IMG/VR virus record: IMGVR_UViG_3300035670_000143
Span: 1-64,000 of that record
Length of the DNA: 64,000 bases
Source: a virus
Direction: 5' to 3' (one strand)
A program made the translations under genes and the position numbers. Below are positions 39,118 to 48,300 of the stretch, one piece after another; positions within the stretch are counted from its first letter, which is position 1, and every line of letters begins with the position of its first letter. The notes beneath the pieces were generated by a model. That model worked only from the letters and a program-made list of their open reading frames with translations, did no database searches and was not told the DNA's origin.

Positions 39118-42100
39118 TGACTGATTTTGTTCACCTACACTGCCATTCTGAGTATTCACTTTTGGATGGTATGTCTACTCCACTTGATATAGCAACTATT
39201 GCATCTACTAATGGTCAATATGCTGCTTCTATCACAGATCACGGTACAATGGGGGGTGTATTAAAGTTTCAAAATGCCTGTAAAAATACGGGTGTAAAGC
39301 CAATATTTGGTATTGAAGCATACTTTGTTGACTCTGTTGATAGAGATGGTGATGGTCGCCATGAGCGTTTTCATTTAATTTTGCTTGCTAAAAACAATGA
39401 GGGGCTACAAAAGTTATTCAAAGCAAGCCAGGTCGGTTGGACAAATAATTTTTATTATAAGCCTCGCATGGATTTTAATCTACTAGAAGATCTAGTAGAC
39501 AATGATATTGTTGCACTATCTGGTTGTCTTGGTGGTGCTATTTGTAAGGCAATTGAGGCCGGTAATACGGCGAGGGCAGAACAATTGTCTGAGCGTTTCA
39601 TCAAGATTTTCGGTGATGATTTTTATTATGAAGTCCAAGCCTGGAATCCTGCTCATATAAACAAAGGTTTATTTGATTTAGCAGCTTCGTTTGGTAAGAA
39701 ACCGGTCGCTACTGCTGATTGTCACTTCCCAACTTATGAAGATCATGGCCATGAAGAAGTTCTACTAATGATCTCTCAGTATCCTTCTCTTAATGCTGGT
39801 GATCTTCGTAAGGCTAGGGAGAATATTCGTCATGATGGTAGCATCATCGACAAAATGAATTCTATGTACCCTGATCGCTTTCTGCGATTTGATGAGATTA
39901 ATCCTTATATTGCTTCTGCTTCTGAGATTCAGTCTTGGTTTCAGGAGGTTGGGGTTGATAGGATTGACATCCTCGAAAATACTATGGAAGTGGCTGAGAA
40001 GTGTAGTGCGGAGATTCCGACTAAGCAGAGGCTTCTTCCTAAGTTTATGAAGTCGCTTGATTCGGATGAGTATTTGAGGGAGGTTGCTACTTTTGAGTTG
40101 AAACAGCGTGGCCTCGGTCAAGACTATGCAGATCGTTTGGATGAGGAGTTGGGGATTATTTCTCGTCTTGGTTTTAGTGACTATTTTTTGATGGTGTGGG
40201 ATTTGGTGAAGTGGGCTGACAATAATCATGTTGGTCGTGGGCCTGGTCGTGGTTCTGTTGGTGGTAGTTTGTTGGCGTTTTTGTTGGATATTTCTAAGGT
40301 TGATCCGATCAAGTATGGTTTGTTGTTTTCTCGGTTTTTGAATCCTGAGAGAAATGACTATCCTGATATTGATTTGGATTTTGAAGATAAGCAACGTGAT
40401 CGTGTTAAAGAGTATTTAAAGGAGAGGTGGGGTAGTGACAATGTTGCGGCGATTTCGATTTATGGTACGTTTAAGGCCAAGAGTGTGGTCAAGGACATAT
40501 CCCGTGTATATCAAGTACCGTTCGAGGAAATCAATAATATTACGCCGTTTTTTGAAACGCTAGATGAACTTGAGCAGTCGCCTAAGGGTAAGGTTTTTAA
40601 TTCTAAGTATCCTGATGTTTTGCCGATTGCTCGTAAGTTGGAGAATCGTATTCGTACTGCTGGTATTCATGCTGCTGGTATGGTTGTTTCTTCTGTGCCT
40701 TTGAGTGATGTTTGTCCGGTGGAGAGTCGTAAGAATTCTGGTGGTGATGCTAGGGCGCTTGTTACGGCTTTTGATATGGAGGACGCTGAGGCTGTTGGGT
40801 TGATTAAGGTTGATGTTCTTGGTCTTCGTATGGTTTCTGTGGTTAAGGATTGTTTGCAAAAGATTCGTGAGCGCCACGGTGTTGATGTAACGGATTTGTC
40901 TCTTCAACTTGATGATGAGGTTGTGTTCAAGAACTTTAATGACGGTAATACGGTCGGTATTTTTCAGGTTGATGCTGCTGCTTATCGTAATTTGATTGAG
41001 CGTATGGGTATTTCTGATTTTAATGATCTTGCTGTGAGTAATGCTCTTGTTCGTCCGGGTGCTTTGCTTTCTCAGGGTCAGCGTTATATTGATTGTAAGA
41101 AGGGTGTGGAGAAGCCTAAGTATCCTCATCCGTCTGTTGAGGGTATTTTAAAGGAAACTTATGGCACGGTGATCTTTCAGGAGCAGTTGATGCAAATGGC
41201 TGTGAGTATTTCTGGTTTCTCTTGGGCTGATGCTGACAAGCTTCGTAAGATTATTGGTAAGAAGCGTGATGCTGCTGAGTTTGAGCAGTTCAAGGATAAG
41301 TTTATTAATAATGCTATTATTGATAAGTCTGCTGCTAAGAAGATGTGGGCTGAGTTTGAGTTAGCGGCTTTGTATATGTTTAATAAGTCGCATGCTGTCG
41401 CTTATTCTATGTTGTCTTATCAGACAATGTGGTTGAAGGTTCATTATCCGATGGAGTTCATATGGTCGTTATTGTATAACGAAGAAGCTCAGGATCGTAT
41501 TACTGCTTATCTTATGGAAGCGAATAGACTTGGAATTGTAGTTAATCCGCCAGATGTTAATTTGTCTGATGAGTCTTTTTCTATTGATGACGATGGTATT
41601 CGTTTTGGTCTGAGGAATGTTGCTAATTGTGGTACGAGTGCCATCACTGAGATTATGGCGAAGCGTCCTTTTAGTTCCTTTGAAGAGTTTTCTGCTAAAT
41701 GTAGTAAAAGAGCTATCAACTCTAAGTTGAGGGATAACCTTGATAAGGTTGGTGCTTATAGTAGTATGAATTATGTTTCTTCTTATGATCATGAGAAGTA
41801 TTATCTTCCTGTTCTTGGTTTTGCTATTAATCTTAATCAAGAGGAGAATGAGATTGATAAGTATGTTCAGCCTTTAGCCGGTTTCCACGAGATCAATTCT
41901 CCTTTGACGTTTGTGAAGGCCGTGGTGCGTTCTACGAAGAAAACACCACAATATCTCCGTGTGGAAATAGAAGACCAATCTGGATCTACCACGATCTTTT
42001 GTGATCGCAATGCTGAAATTGCTAACCGTGATCTCATTTATGCTCTGATTGGAGACAGAACATTACATATGTTCTGTAATGCATATGAATATGCTTCGTC

Positions 42101-42488
42101 TGAGATCATTGATTTGATTGACTTGATGGATAAAGGCAGGGACCATGACTATTCATGGTTGTATGAAGAAGAACTTGGTACGTCTGAGTCAGACAAGAGC
42201 CTTGTCTACATTTTCAGTATTAGATCATTTGTTACATCTAAAGGCAAGAATATGTCTAATATTTATGCTTGGGATGGTGAAAAGATTATTAAGATCGTTG
42301 TCTTCCCAGCAGTTCACAGTAAAGTAAAGCCAATTATTAAAGAAAATCAGTGGTTTGCTGTTAAGATGTCAAAAATCATTGAAAAAGAGTCGCTTACACG
42401 GCTTGATTCATATAAACTTGCTAGTGACACCTCAATTATATCTATTGAGAATTACATTGAAAGAAAGGGTTTGACGGTCCCAGCGTAA
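39117..42488 (+). CDS. dnaE: DNA polymerase III alpha subunit
   Basis: HLHCHSEYSLLDG (PHP), GRGSVGGS, PDIDLD, FNKSH. Confidence 0.95.
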   Translation: MTDFVHLHCHSEYSLLDGMSTPLDIATIASTNGQYAASITDHGTMGGVLKFQNACKNTGVKPIFGIEAYFVDSVDRDGDGRHERFHLILLAKNNEGLQKLFKASQVGWTNNFYYKPRMDFNLLEDLVDNDIVALSGCLGGAICKAIEAGNTARAEQLSERFIKIFGDDFYYEVQAWNPAHINKGLFDLAASFGKKPVATADCHFPTYEDHGHEEVLLMISQYPSLNAGDLRKARENIRHDGSIIDKMNSMYPDRFLRFDEINPYIASASEIQSWFQEVGVDRIDILENTMEVAEKCSAEIPTKQRLLPKFMKSLDSDEYLREVATFELKQRGLGQDYADRLDEELGIISRLGFSDYFLMVWDLVKWADNNHVGRGPGRGSVGGSLLAFLLDISKVDPIKYGLLFSRFLNPERNDYPDIDLDFEDKQRDRVKEYLKERWGSDNVAAISIYGTFKAKSVVKDISRVYQVPFEEINNITPFFETLDELEQSPKGKVFNSKYPDVLPIARKLENRIRTAGIHAAGMVVSSVPLSDVCPVESRKNSGGDARALVTAFDMEDAEAVGLIKVDVLGLRMVSVVKDCLQKIRERHGVDVTDLSLQLDDEVVFKNFNDGNTVGIFQVDAAAYRNLIERMGISDFNDLAVSNALVRPGALLSQGQRYIDCKKGVEKPKYPHPSVEGILKETYGTVIFQEQLMQMAVSISGFSWADADKLRKIIGKKRDAAEFEQFKDKFINNAIIDKSAAKKMWAEFELAALYMFNKSHAVAYSMLSYQTMWLKVHYPMEFIWSLLYNEEAQDRITAYLMEANRLGIVVNPPDVNLSDESFSIDDDGIRFGLRNVANCGTSAITEIMAKRPFSSFEEFSAKCSKRAINSKLRDNLDKVGAYSSMNYVSSYDHEKYYLPVLGFAINLNQEENEIDKYVQPLAGFHEINSPLTFVKAVVRSTKKTPQYLRVEIEDQSGSTTIFCDRNAEIANRDLIYALIGDRTLHMFCNAYEYASSEIIDLIDLMDKGRDHDYSWLYEEELGTSESDKSLVYIFSIRSFVTSKGKNMSNIYAWDGEKIIKIVVFPAVHSKVKPIIKENQWFAVKMSKIIEKESLTRLDSYKLASDTSIISIENYIERKGLTVPA

Positions 42489-43186
42489 TGTATATAGATG
42501 CTTATAGTGAGTACGGTGTAGTAAGATACTATAATAATGATGAGCATATGATTGAACAGGCGTTCAATCAAAAAATATTCGAAGAAGAATATATTATTGA
42601 TCACCTAACTCAGTATGTAGTTAAATCTAAATTTATACTTGATATTGGCGCTCATGTTGGTTCACACTCTGTTATATATAAAAATCTAAATCCAGATGCT
42701 ATCGTTTTTTCGTTTGAACCACAAAAGCATCTATATAAACTATTAACATATAATATTTCTACTAATAATCTTGATAGAATATATTCTTATAACTGTGCTA
42801 TAAGTAACTATGTAGGAAGATCAAATATGATGCCTTATGCATCTGACGGTAGAAATGCTGGGAAGCCAGTTCAGTATGGTGGAGACCATGTATTTAACTT
42901 GGCCGGCCTGTCTTTAGGCGAAGGAGGAGAGTCTGTTCAAGTTGTTTCTGTTGACTCTCTAAAATTTTCAGGGTGTGATTTTATTAAGATAGATGTTGAG
43001 GGATATGAGCCTCATGTTCTTGTCGGTGCTCTTTCAACAATCTCGTCGTTCAGACCCGTTATTAGTTTTGAATTCAATGAAAAAATGAATTATGATCTTG
43101 GAATGTCTTCGTTTGATGTCTTAGATAAGTTAGGATATACATACTATAACGCATGGCAAGATAACTGGATAGCTTACAAAAGATAG
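42488..43186 (+). CDS. FkbM-family methyltransferase
   Basis: LDIGAHVG, FEP, IKIDVEGYE. Confidence 0.85.
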   Translation: MYIDAYSEYGVVRYYNNDEHMIEQAFNQKIFEEEYIIDHLTQYVVKSKFILDIGAHVGSHSVIYKNLNPDAIVFSFEPQKHLYKLLTYNISTNNLDRIYSYNCAISNYVGRSNMMPYASDGRNAGKPVQYGGDHVFNLAGLSLGEGGESVQVVSVDSLKFSGCDFIKIDVEGYEPHVLVGALSTISSFRPVISFEFNEKMNYDLGMSSFDVLDKLGYTYYNAWQDNWIAYKR

Positions 43187-43194
43187 GAGATTAA

Positions 43195-44112
43195 ATGCTA
43201 TTTGTAGATAAAAGAAAGGGAGATAGGATGCCTACGCATCAGATTATCCCGACACCAAGTTTGGGTTTGAATAAAGCTCTTGGTGGTGGTTTGAATACTG
43301 GGGCAACACACTTATTCTGGGGTACACCATCTGTTGGTAAAACAACGATGTGCTTCAGAATTCTTGCTGAAGCCCAAAAGATGGGATTCAGGCCCATCAT
43401 TATTGATTCAGAATATTCATATTCTGATGAGTATGCCAGGAAGTGTGGTATTGATACTGACGACATTGTTGTTGTACAATCAACAATTGTTGAGGATATT
43501 TTAAAGCATCTTATTGGATATCTGAATCATCCTGATGAGAAGCACATCTTCTTGTTTGATAGTTTATCAAATATTATCAAGGAAGAGTTTTATGATAAAC
43601 CTGATGGTGGTAAGGCAATGGGGCTTCAAGCAAGGTCGCAAGGGTATTTTCTTCAGAAATTAGTTAACCACCTTCATAAGGAAAAGAATATCATGCTCTT
43701 TATTGCTCATCAGACTATTGACTTAAGCGGCATGTACGCTGTTACTAAGGCTAAAATGGGTAATACAGTGCATCACAATATGCATAATATTGTAAAATTA
43801 TTTTTATCTATGTCACAAAAAGAAATGGAGAGAGATGAGAGTAGTAGGATTACTAGTCAGAGAGCGACATGGACAATCGAAAAGACCAAACAACTCCCGA
43901 CAATTGGAACAACAGGATATTACTATGTCCTGCCAGAAGTTGGATCGATTGATCAGAGTAGAGAACTCATTGACATGGCTATTGAAAGTAGCATTATTGA
44001 GCGTCGTGGTGCTTGGTATAATTACGGTGATAGTAAGTGGAATGGGCTGAGCGCCATCGATCTGACAGAAGATCAGCAAGAAGAAATTTATAAACTAATC
44101 ATGGAAAAATAA
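43195..44112 (+). CDS. recA: RecA/UvsX-like recombinase
   Basis: LNKALGGG, GTPSVGKTT, IDSE, FDSL, GAWY. Confidence 0.85.
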   Translation: MLFVDKRKGDRMPTHQIIPTPSLGLNKALGGGLNTGATHLFWGTPSVGKTTMCFRILAEAQKMGFRPIIIDSEYSYSDEYARKCGIDTDDIVVVQSTIVEDILKHLIGYLNHPDEKHIFLFDSLSNIIKEEFYDKPDGGKAMGLQARSQGYFLQKLVNHLHKEKNIMLFIAHQTIDLSGMYAVTKAKMGNTVHHNMHNIVKLFLSMSQKEMERDESSRITSQRATWTIEKTKQLPTIGTTGYYYVLPEVGSIDQSRELIDMAIESSIIERRGAWYNYGDSKWNGLSAIDLTEDQQEEIYKLIMEK

Positions 44113-44139
44113 CTTCTTTTCACCCAATCTTTACGAGAT

Positions 44140-44174
44140 CTCATGCTATGCTCAGATCAATTCAAGCATAGGAG
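44140..44174 (+). promoter_or_regulatory. Extended -10-like TGCTATGCT forming the left arm of a hairpin that reaches the SD of the next gene
   Basis: CTATGCT 44146-44152 / AGCATAG 44165-44171; GGAGG 44171-44175. Confidence 0.45.
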
Positions 44175-44179
44175 GGTTC

Positions 44180-44584
44180 ATGCAAACATTTTTACCGCTA
44201 CCTGATTTCAAGCAATCTATTGAAGTTCTGGATTATCGCAGGCTAGGCAAGCAGCGTGTTGAGACTTACCAGGTTCTCAATATTCTCCTTGGTCGCACAG
44301 ATACTAAAGGCTGGGTTAATCATCCTGTCACTAGGATGTGGAGAGGTTTTGAAGAGGCGTTAAAGATCTATCAGAATTTCACCATTGGTGAGTGGGTTCG
44401 TCGTGGTTACAATAATAATATGGCTTTTGAAGATGTAGATGAGTCTAATATTGTCATGCCGTTCTGGTTCGGTGATGATAGAATACATAGATCACACAGA
44501 TCTAATCTGCTTCGCAAAGATTTCGGTTACTATTCACAGTACTTCGATGAGCCAACAGATTTAGAATATTATTGGGCGGTTTAA
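44180..44584 (+). CDS. Pyrimidine-dimer DNA glycosylase/EndoV-like protein (MSMEG_6728 family)
   Basis: MQTFLP..LD.RRLGKQRVE..HP...MW.G..SHRSNLLRK. Confidence 0.8.
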   Translation: MQTFLPLPDFKQSIEVLDYRRLGKQRVETYQVLNILLGRTDTKGWVNHPVTRMWRGFEEALKIYQNFTIGEWVRRGYNNNMAFEDVDESNIVMPFWFGDDRIHRSHRSNLLRKDFGYYSQYFDEPTDLEYYWAV

Positions 44585-44883
44585 TGAAAAGAGATGAAAA
44601 ACAAGAAGCAAAACGTGATGGGGCTAAGACAGTTAAAAACTCTGGTCGTGGTCTTAAGAAGGGTGATGCAACTTTGAATAAGTTTTTGCTTGATTATAAA
44701 CATAATGCATCAACATTTACTTTATCTAATGATGCTTGGGTTAAGATGAGAAAGGACGCATGGCGATCCAATTACAGGTATCCATGTATATCTGTTGTTC
44801 TAGGTGAGAACTCAGAAAACAAAGTAGCCATTATTGACTGGGATGTTTTCAAGGATCTCATCGAAGGTTCAGATTATGAGTAA
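44584..44883 (+). CDS. Holliday-junction-resolvase-like PD-(D/E)xK protein
   Basis: NSGRG..KGDA....LDYK motif. Confidence 0.6.
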   Translation: MKRDEKQEAKRDGAKTVKNSGRGLKKGDATLNKFLLDYKHNASTFTLSNDAWVKMRKDAWRSNYRYPCISVVLGENSENKVAIIDWDVFKDLIEGSDYE

Positions 44884-44992
44884 TTTTATTATTATTGTAG
44901 CAACATTCTATGTTGTATTTATTGTTGCATCTAGAATGATACTGAAATCAATTAAAGAAATAGACGAAAAGGATCCTTTTGATGAAACCTAG
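44876..44992 (+). CDS. 38 aa single-TM protein (not in the ORF track)
   Basis: MSNFIIIVATFYVVFIVASRMILKSIKEIDEKDPFDET; overlaps both neighbours. Confidence 0.55.
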   Translation: MSNFIIIVATFYVVFIVASRMILKSIKEIDEKDPFDET

Positions 44993-46070
44993 TTTTGGTT
45001 CTTTATTTGCTGGTGCTGGTGGTTTTGACATTGGTTTTGAGCAAGCCGGATGGGAGTGCTCATGGCAGGTTGAATGGGATAAAAATTGTCAAAAAGTTTT
45101 ATCTCATAAATGGCCGGATGTCCCGAAATATCTTGATGTTCAGACGGTTAGTGGATATCAGTTGACACCAGTAGACACGATCATATTTGGTTCACCATGC
45201 CAAGATCTATCAGTAGCAGGTCGCCGTGCTGGTCTAATTGGTGAGAAATCATCAATGTTTTTTGAAGCAACAAGAATTATCAAGGAGATGAGAAATGCAA
45301 CAGGAAATCAATACCCAAGAGTCGCTGTTTGGGAAAACGTCCCAGGCTCCCTCACAAGTAATAAAGGAGCAGACTTTGCAGCAGTCCTTGACGAAATGGC
45401 CAACATCGGGGCATTGGCAATCGAATGGCATGTGCTGGACGCACAATGGTTCGGAGTCCCCCAGCGTAGAAGAAGAGTCTTCCTCATCGCTTCTTTCGAT
45501 CCTGCAATCGTCAGAAGAAGTGGACAACAAATACTTCCTATCGCAGAAAACAGCGCAGGGGATATTAAGAAGATCAGGGCGAAAAGAGGGGTTGATTCCA
45601 CCTCTTTTGAAGAAGGCTCTCGTGATAGCCTCAGAGAGTTAGATGTTTTTGTAAAAGCAAGAAGAGCTCAAAGTTCAGAGGATTATGAAACATGGGAATC
45701 TGGGAGGCCATCGCCTACATTGAATGCTTTTGATAATGCTAGTGAATCAAGGGCTACTGTTTTAATCGTTGACGGAACCAGAACTAACGATTTTCGAGTG
45801 TATGATGATGGTACGGTTCCAACATTAAAGGCTAGAATGGGTACTGGGGGAGGACAAGTTCCACTGGTCTCACGGTCAGATCAGGGCTACCGACTCAGGA
45901 GGTTAACGCCCTTGGAGTGTGAAAGACTTATGGGTTTCCCTGATGACCATACAAAATATGGCAATGATGGTAAGGTTATATCTGACACTAATAGATATAA
46001 AATGATAGGAAATGCTGTTGCTGTGCCTGTTTCTAAATGGGTAGCAAATAATCTAAAACAATTAATCTAA
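44982..46070 (+). CDS. dcm: C5 cytosine DNA methyltransferase
   Basis: Motifs I FAGAGG, IV GSPCQD, VI ENV, VIII PQRRRR, IX RRLTPLECERLMGFP, X GNAV. Confidence 0.92.
   Translation: MKPSFGSLFAGAGGFDIGFEQAGWECSWQVEWDKNCQKVLSHKWPDVPKYLDVQTVSGYQLTPVDTIIFGSPCQDLSVAGRRAGLIGEKSSMFFEATRIIKEMRNATGNQYPRVAVWENVPGSLTSNKGADFAAVLDEMANIGALAIEWHVLDAQWFGVPQRRRRVFLIASFDPAIVRRSGQQILPIAENSAGDIKKIRAKRGVDSTSFEEGSRDSLRELDVFVKARRAQSSEDYETWESGRPSPTLNAFDNASESRATVLIVDGTRTNDFRVYDDGTVPTLKARMGTGGGQVPLVSRSDQGYRLRRLTPLECERLMGFPDDHTKYGNDGKVISDTNRYKMIGNAVAVPVSKWVANNLKQLI
45295..45642 (+). CDS. Nested +1-frame ORF inside dcm, beta-subunit-like
   Basis: SD AAGGAG 45282-45287, 7 nt before the ATG; WPTSG..W..SESPSVEEE..LSIL..KYFLS..GILRR..P.LLKKAL. 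Confidence 0.65.
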   Translation: MQQEINTQESLFGKTSQAPSQVIKEQTLQQSLTKWPTSGHWQSNGMCWTHNGSESPSVEEESSSSLLSILQSSEEVDNKYFLSQKTAQGILRRSGRKEGLIPPLLKKALVIASES

Positions 46071-46096
46071 TATGATATTATATACAAGGCGGTTTT

Positions 46097-46414
46097 ATGG
46101 CTGATATTATTGTTGACCCAGACTGGCTGGCTGAGCAGATGGGTGATAAGGCAACAGAATTTCTTGAATGCATGAGAATTGTTCAAGATATTATTGAGAA
46201 CCCTGACTCTTATGTTGGTATTCAGGCATTAAAATATGCCAATGTTTTGGCTGCATATAGAACTCAAATGATCATTAAATCACAAGCATATAAAAGAAGA
46301 TCGCAGATCATGTCAGAAAATGATAAACTTACAAACGATATTTGGAAAACAATGTATGAATCGTTAGTAGAGAATATCAATGTTCTTAAGTTAATAGGAA
46401 GAGGTGTTCATTGA
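46097..46414 (+). CDS. Hypothetical helical protein
   Basis: ORF with upstream TGATATTAT and SD-like AGGCGG. Confidence 0.65.
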   Translation: MADIIVDPDWLAEQMGDKATEFLECMRIVQDIIENPDSYVGIQALKYANVLAAYRTQMIIKSQAYKRRSQIMSENDKLTNDIWKTMYESLVENINVLKLIGRGVH

Positions 46415-47157
46415 TGAAAGCGCTAAACTACCTAAAAAAGGGTCCAGACATAAAGCAGGCTGTTGTTGAAGATGAGATGACGAATGCTGATATTGAGAAT
46501 GAACTTATTGAAAAAATAGATAAGTCTTTCGTAGTGAGAAATGACAAGCAGTTTAAAAAAGTAGGGGGCTTTCATCCTAGTTATACAAACCAATGCTCCA
46601 GATTTTGGTTTTATCTATTTGAAGGAGTAGAAATGGAAACAAGTTTCTCCCCTCAAACATATAGGATTTTTGACAACGGTCATGCTGTGCATGAAAGAAT
46701 TTACGGGTACTTCCGTGACATGGGTATCCTCGTAGCAGAAGAAATACCTGTGACTTATTCCGACCCCCCGATTGAGGGTACTGCCGACGGTATCATTGAT
46801 TTTCATGGCAATAAACTTATTGAACTAAAATCAATATCCAATGAAGGCTTTGAGTACAGAAGAATATATAAGAAGCCGAAAGACGATCACTTTAGACAGG
46901 CTCAAATATATATGAGATGCCTTGATCTTGATCAAGCATTTGTTATTTATGAAAATAAAAATAATCAACAAATACTTCCTCTGTTGATCGACAGAGATGA
47001 TGCATTTATTGACAAGTTGTTTGTTAAATATCGTAAGTTTTATAAAAACTTTACCGACAATACTATCCCAGCTCGTCCATATAAAATGACATCTAAAAAT
47101 TGTAGCAATTGTGATCTTGCTTCAATGTGTTGGAACGATGAAAGAAGTGGTGAATAA
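46414..47157 (+). CDS. Cas4-like PD-(D/E)xK exonuclease
   Basis: QCSR, GHAVH, GTADG..ELKS, QAQIYM, C..C.....C. Confidence 0.85.
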   Translation: MKALNYLKKGPDIKQAVVEDEMTNADIENELIEKIDKSFVVRNDKQFKKVGGFHPSYTNQCSRFWFYLFEGVEMETSFSPQTYRIFDNGHAVHERIYGYFRDMGILVAEEIPVTYSDPPIEGTADGIIDFHGNKLIELKSISNEGFEYRRIYKKPKDDHFRQAQIYMRCLDLDQAFVIYENKNNQQILPLLIDRDDAFIDKLFVKYRKFYKNFTDNTIPARPYKMTSKNCSNCDLASMCWNDERSGE

Positions 47158-47461
47158 TTTTGAAAAGATTATATGCAAAAATGAAGAGTGTAATCGCCTC
47201 TTTGAACCAAAGACTTATAACTCTATATATTGCAGCGCAGAATGTAGAAAAAAAGTAACCAATAAAAGATTACTTGATAAATATCATTCTAACAAAATAA
47301 ACTCTAAATTAAAAAGAGTATGCAAAACTAAGAGTTGCGACACCATTCTATCTAGATATAATAAAGAAAATATTTGTGAAAAGTGTAAAGAAGAAAGGTT
47401 GGTGAAAAGACTACTCCAGTGGGGTTGGAGTGAGGAGAGAGCCAGAGGCAGTGAGTATTAA
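47138..47461 (+). CDS. Cys-rich Zn-finger protein
   Basis: CKNEEC..YCSAEC..CKTKSC..CEKC. Confidence 0.7.
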   Translation: MKEVVNNFEKIICKNEECNRLFEPKTYNSIYCSAECRKKVTNKRLLDKYHSNKINSKLKRVCKTKSCDTILSRYNKENICEKCKEERLVKRLLQWGWSEERARGSEY

Positions 47462-48023
47462 AAAACTTGTAGGTTATAAAAACTGTATATCAATTGACCC
47501 TTCATCAAATTCTTTGGCCTGGGCAGTCATAAATTATGACAATAAACTTATCGGGACAGGAAAAATATCTCTTGGTAAAGGGTCTTCAATGTCAGCAAAG
47601 TTACAGTCTATAAATGATCAACTACCTGAAATATTAAGCAAATATAAAGTTGATAGAGCTGTTATTGAGCAGTCAGTTTATATTCAAAACTTTCAATCAA
47701 GTAGGATATTATCTTATATAATTGGCCATACTTTTGGTGAGATAATAAGATGTAACATTCAATGTGAAGATGTTTCTCCTTTATCTTGGAAGCCTGGCAT
47801 TGGATATAAAAATCTTTCAAAAAGAGAAGTTGAAGAACTAAAAAAACAAGGAATTGATTTAAGCAATCAAGCTAAACTTAAGACCGAAAGAAAAGATCGT
47901 GTTAGAAGAATTATTATGATGGCTTATGGGAAAGATATAGAAAATATTGAAGATGATGATATTGTAGACGCAATTGGTATTGGTTTATGGTATCATCTAA
48001 AGTATGCCGCTAGAGCCATATAA
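47451..48023 (+). CDS. ruvC: RuvC-like resolvase
   Basis: SIDPS..LAWA, VIEQ, DDIVDAIGIG. Confidence 0.75.
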   Translation: MSIKKLVGYKNCISIDPSSNSLAWAVINYDNKLIGTGKISLGKGSSMSAKLQSINDQLPEILSKYKVDRAVIEQSVYIQNFQSSRILSYIIGHTFGEIIRCNIQCEDVSPLSWKPGIGYKNLSKREVEELKKQGIDLSNQAKLKTERKDRVRRIIMMAYGKDIENIEDDDIVDAIGIGLWYHLKYAARAI

Positions 48024-48300
48024 AGATAAGTCCTGGCTGTATGAACACTATGTCAAAAAGAGAATGAATCTTACTGACATATGTAAATTACTAAAGCAGA
48101 GTTATAACATTACTGTTACACCTCAGGCAGTCTATAACTGGGCTAAGAAGTTTGATTTGCTAAAGTATCGTGGTAAGGGTCGCAATCTCTCTAGTACCGC
48201 CATGCGCAGACCAAAATCGCCAATGCAGGAGCGTGTTGAAAAACAAAGAAGAGAGATGCAAAAAAGGAACAAAATGAGAAGAAAGAAGATGGGACGATGA
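48004..48300 (+). CDS. Basic HTH-type DNA-binding protein
   Basis: YKDKSWLYEHY..TDIC..VTPQAVYNW. Confidence 0.65.
   Translation: MPLEPYKDKSWLYEHYVKKRMNLTDICKLLKQSYNITVTPQAVYNWAKKFDLLKYRGKGRNLSSTAMRRPKSPMQERVEKQRREMQKRNKMRRKKMGR

Noticed and set aside
39765-41840. Long antisense ORFs (209, 189, 123 aa) in dnaE
   Set aside because: I/N/T/K-rich mirror of T-ending sense codons; not protein-like
46414-47157. Cas4-like gene as evidence of a CRISPR system
   Set aside because: No cas1/cas2 or array seen; stand-alone Cas4-like nucleases are common in phage recombination modules
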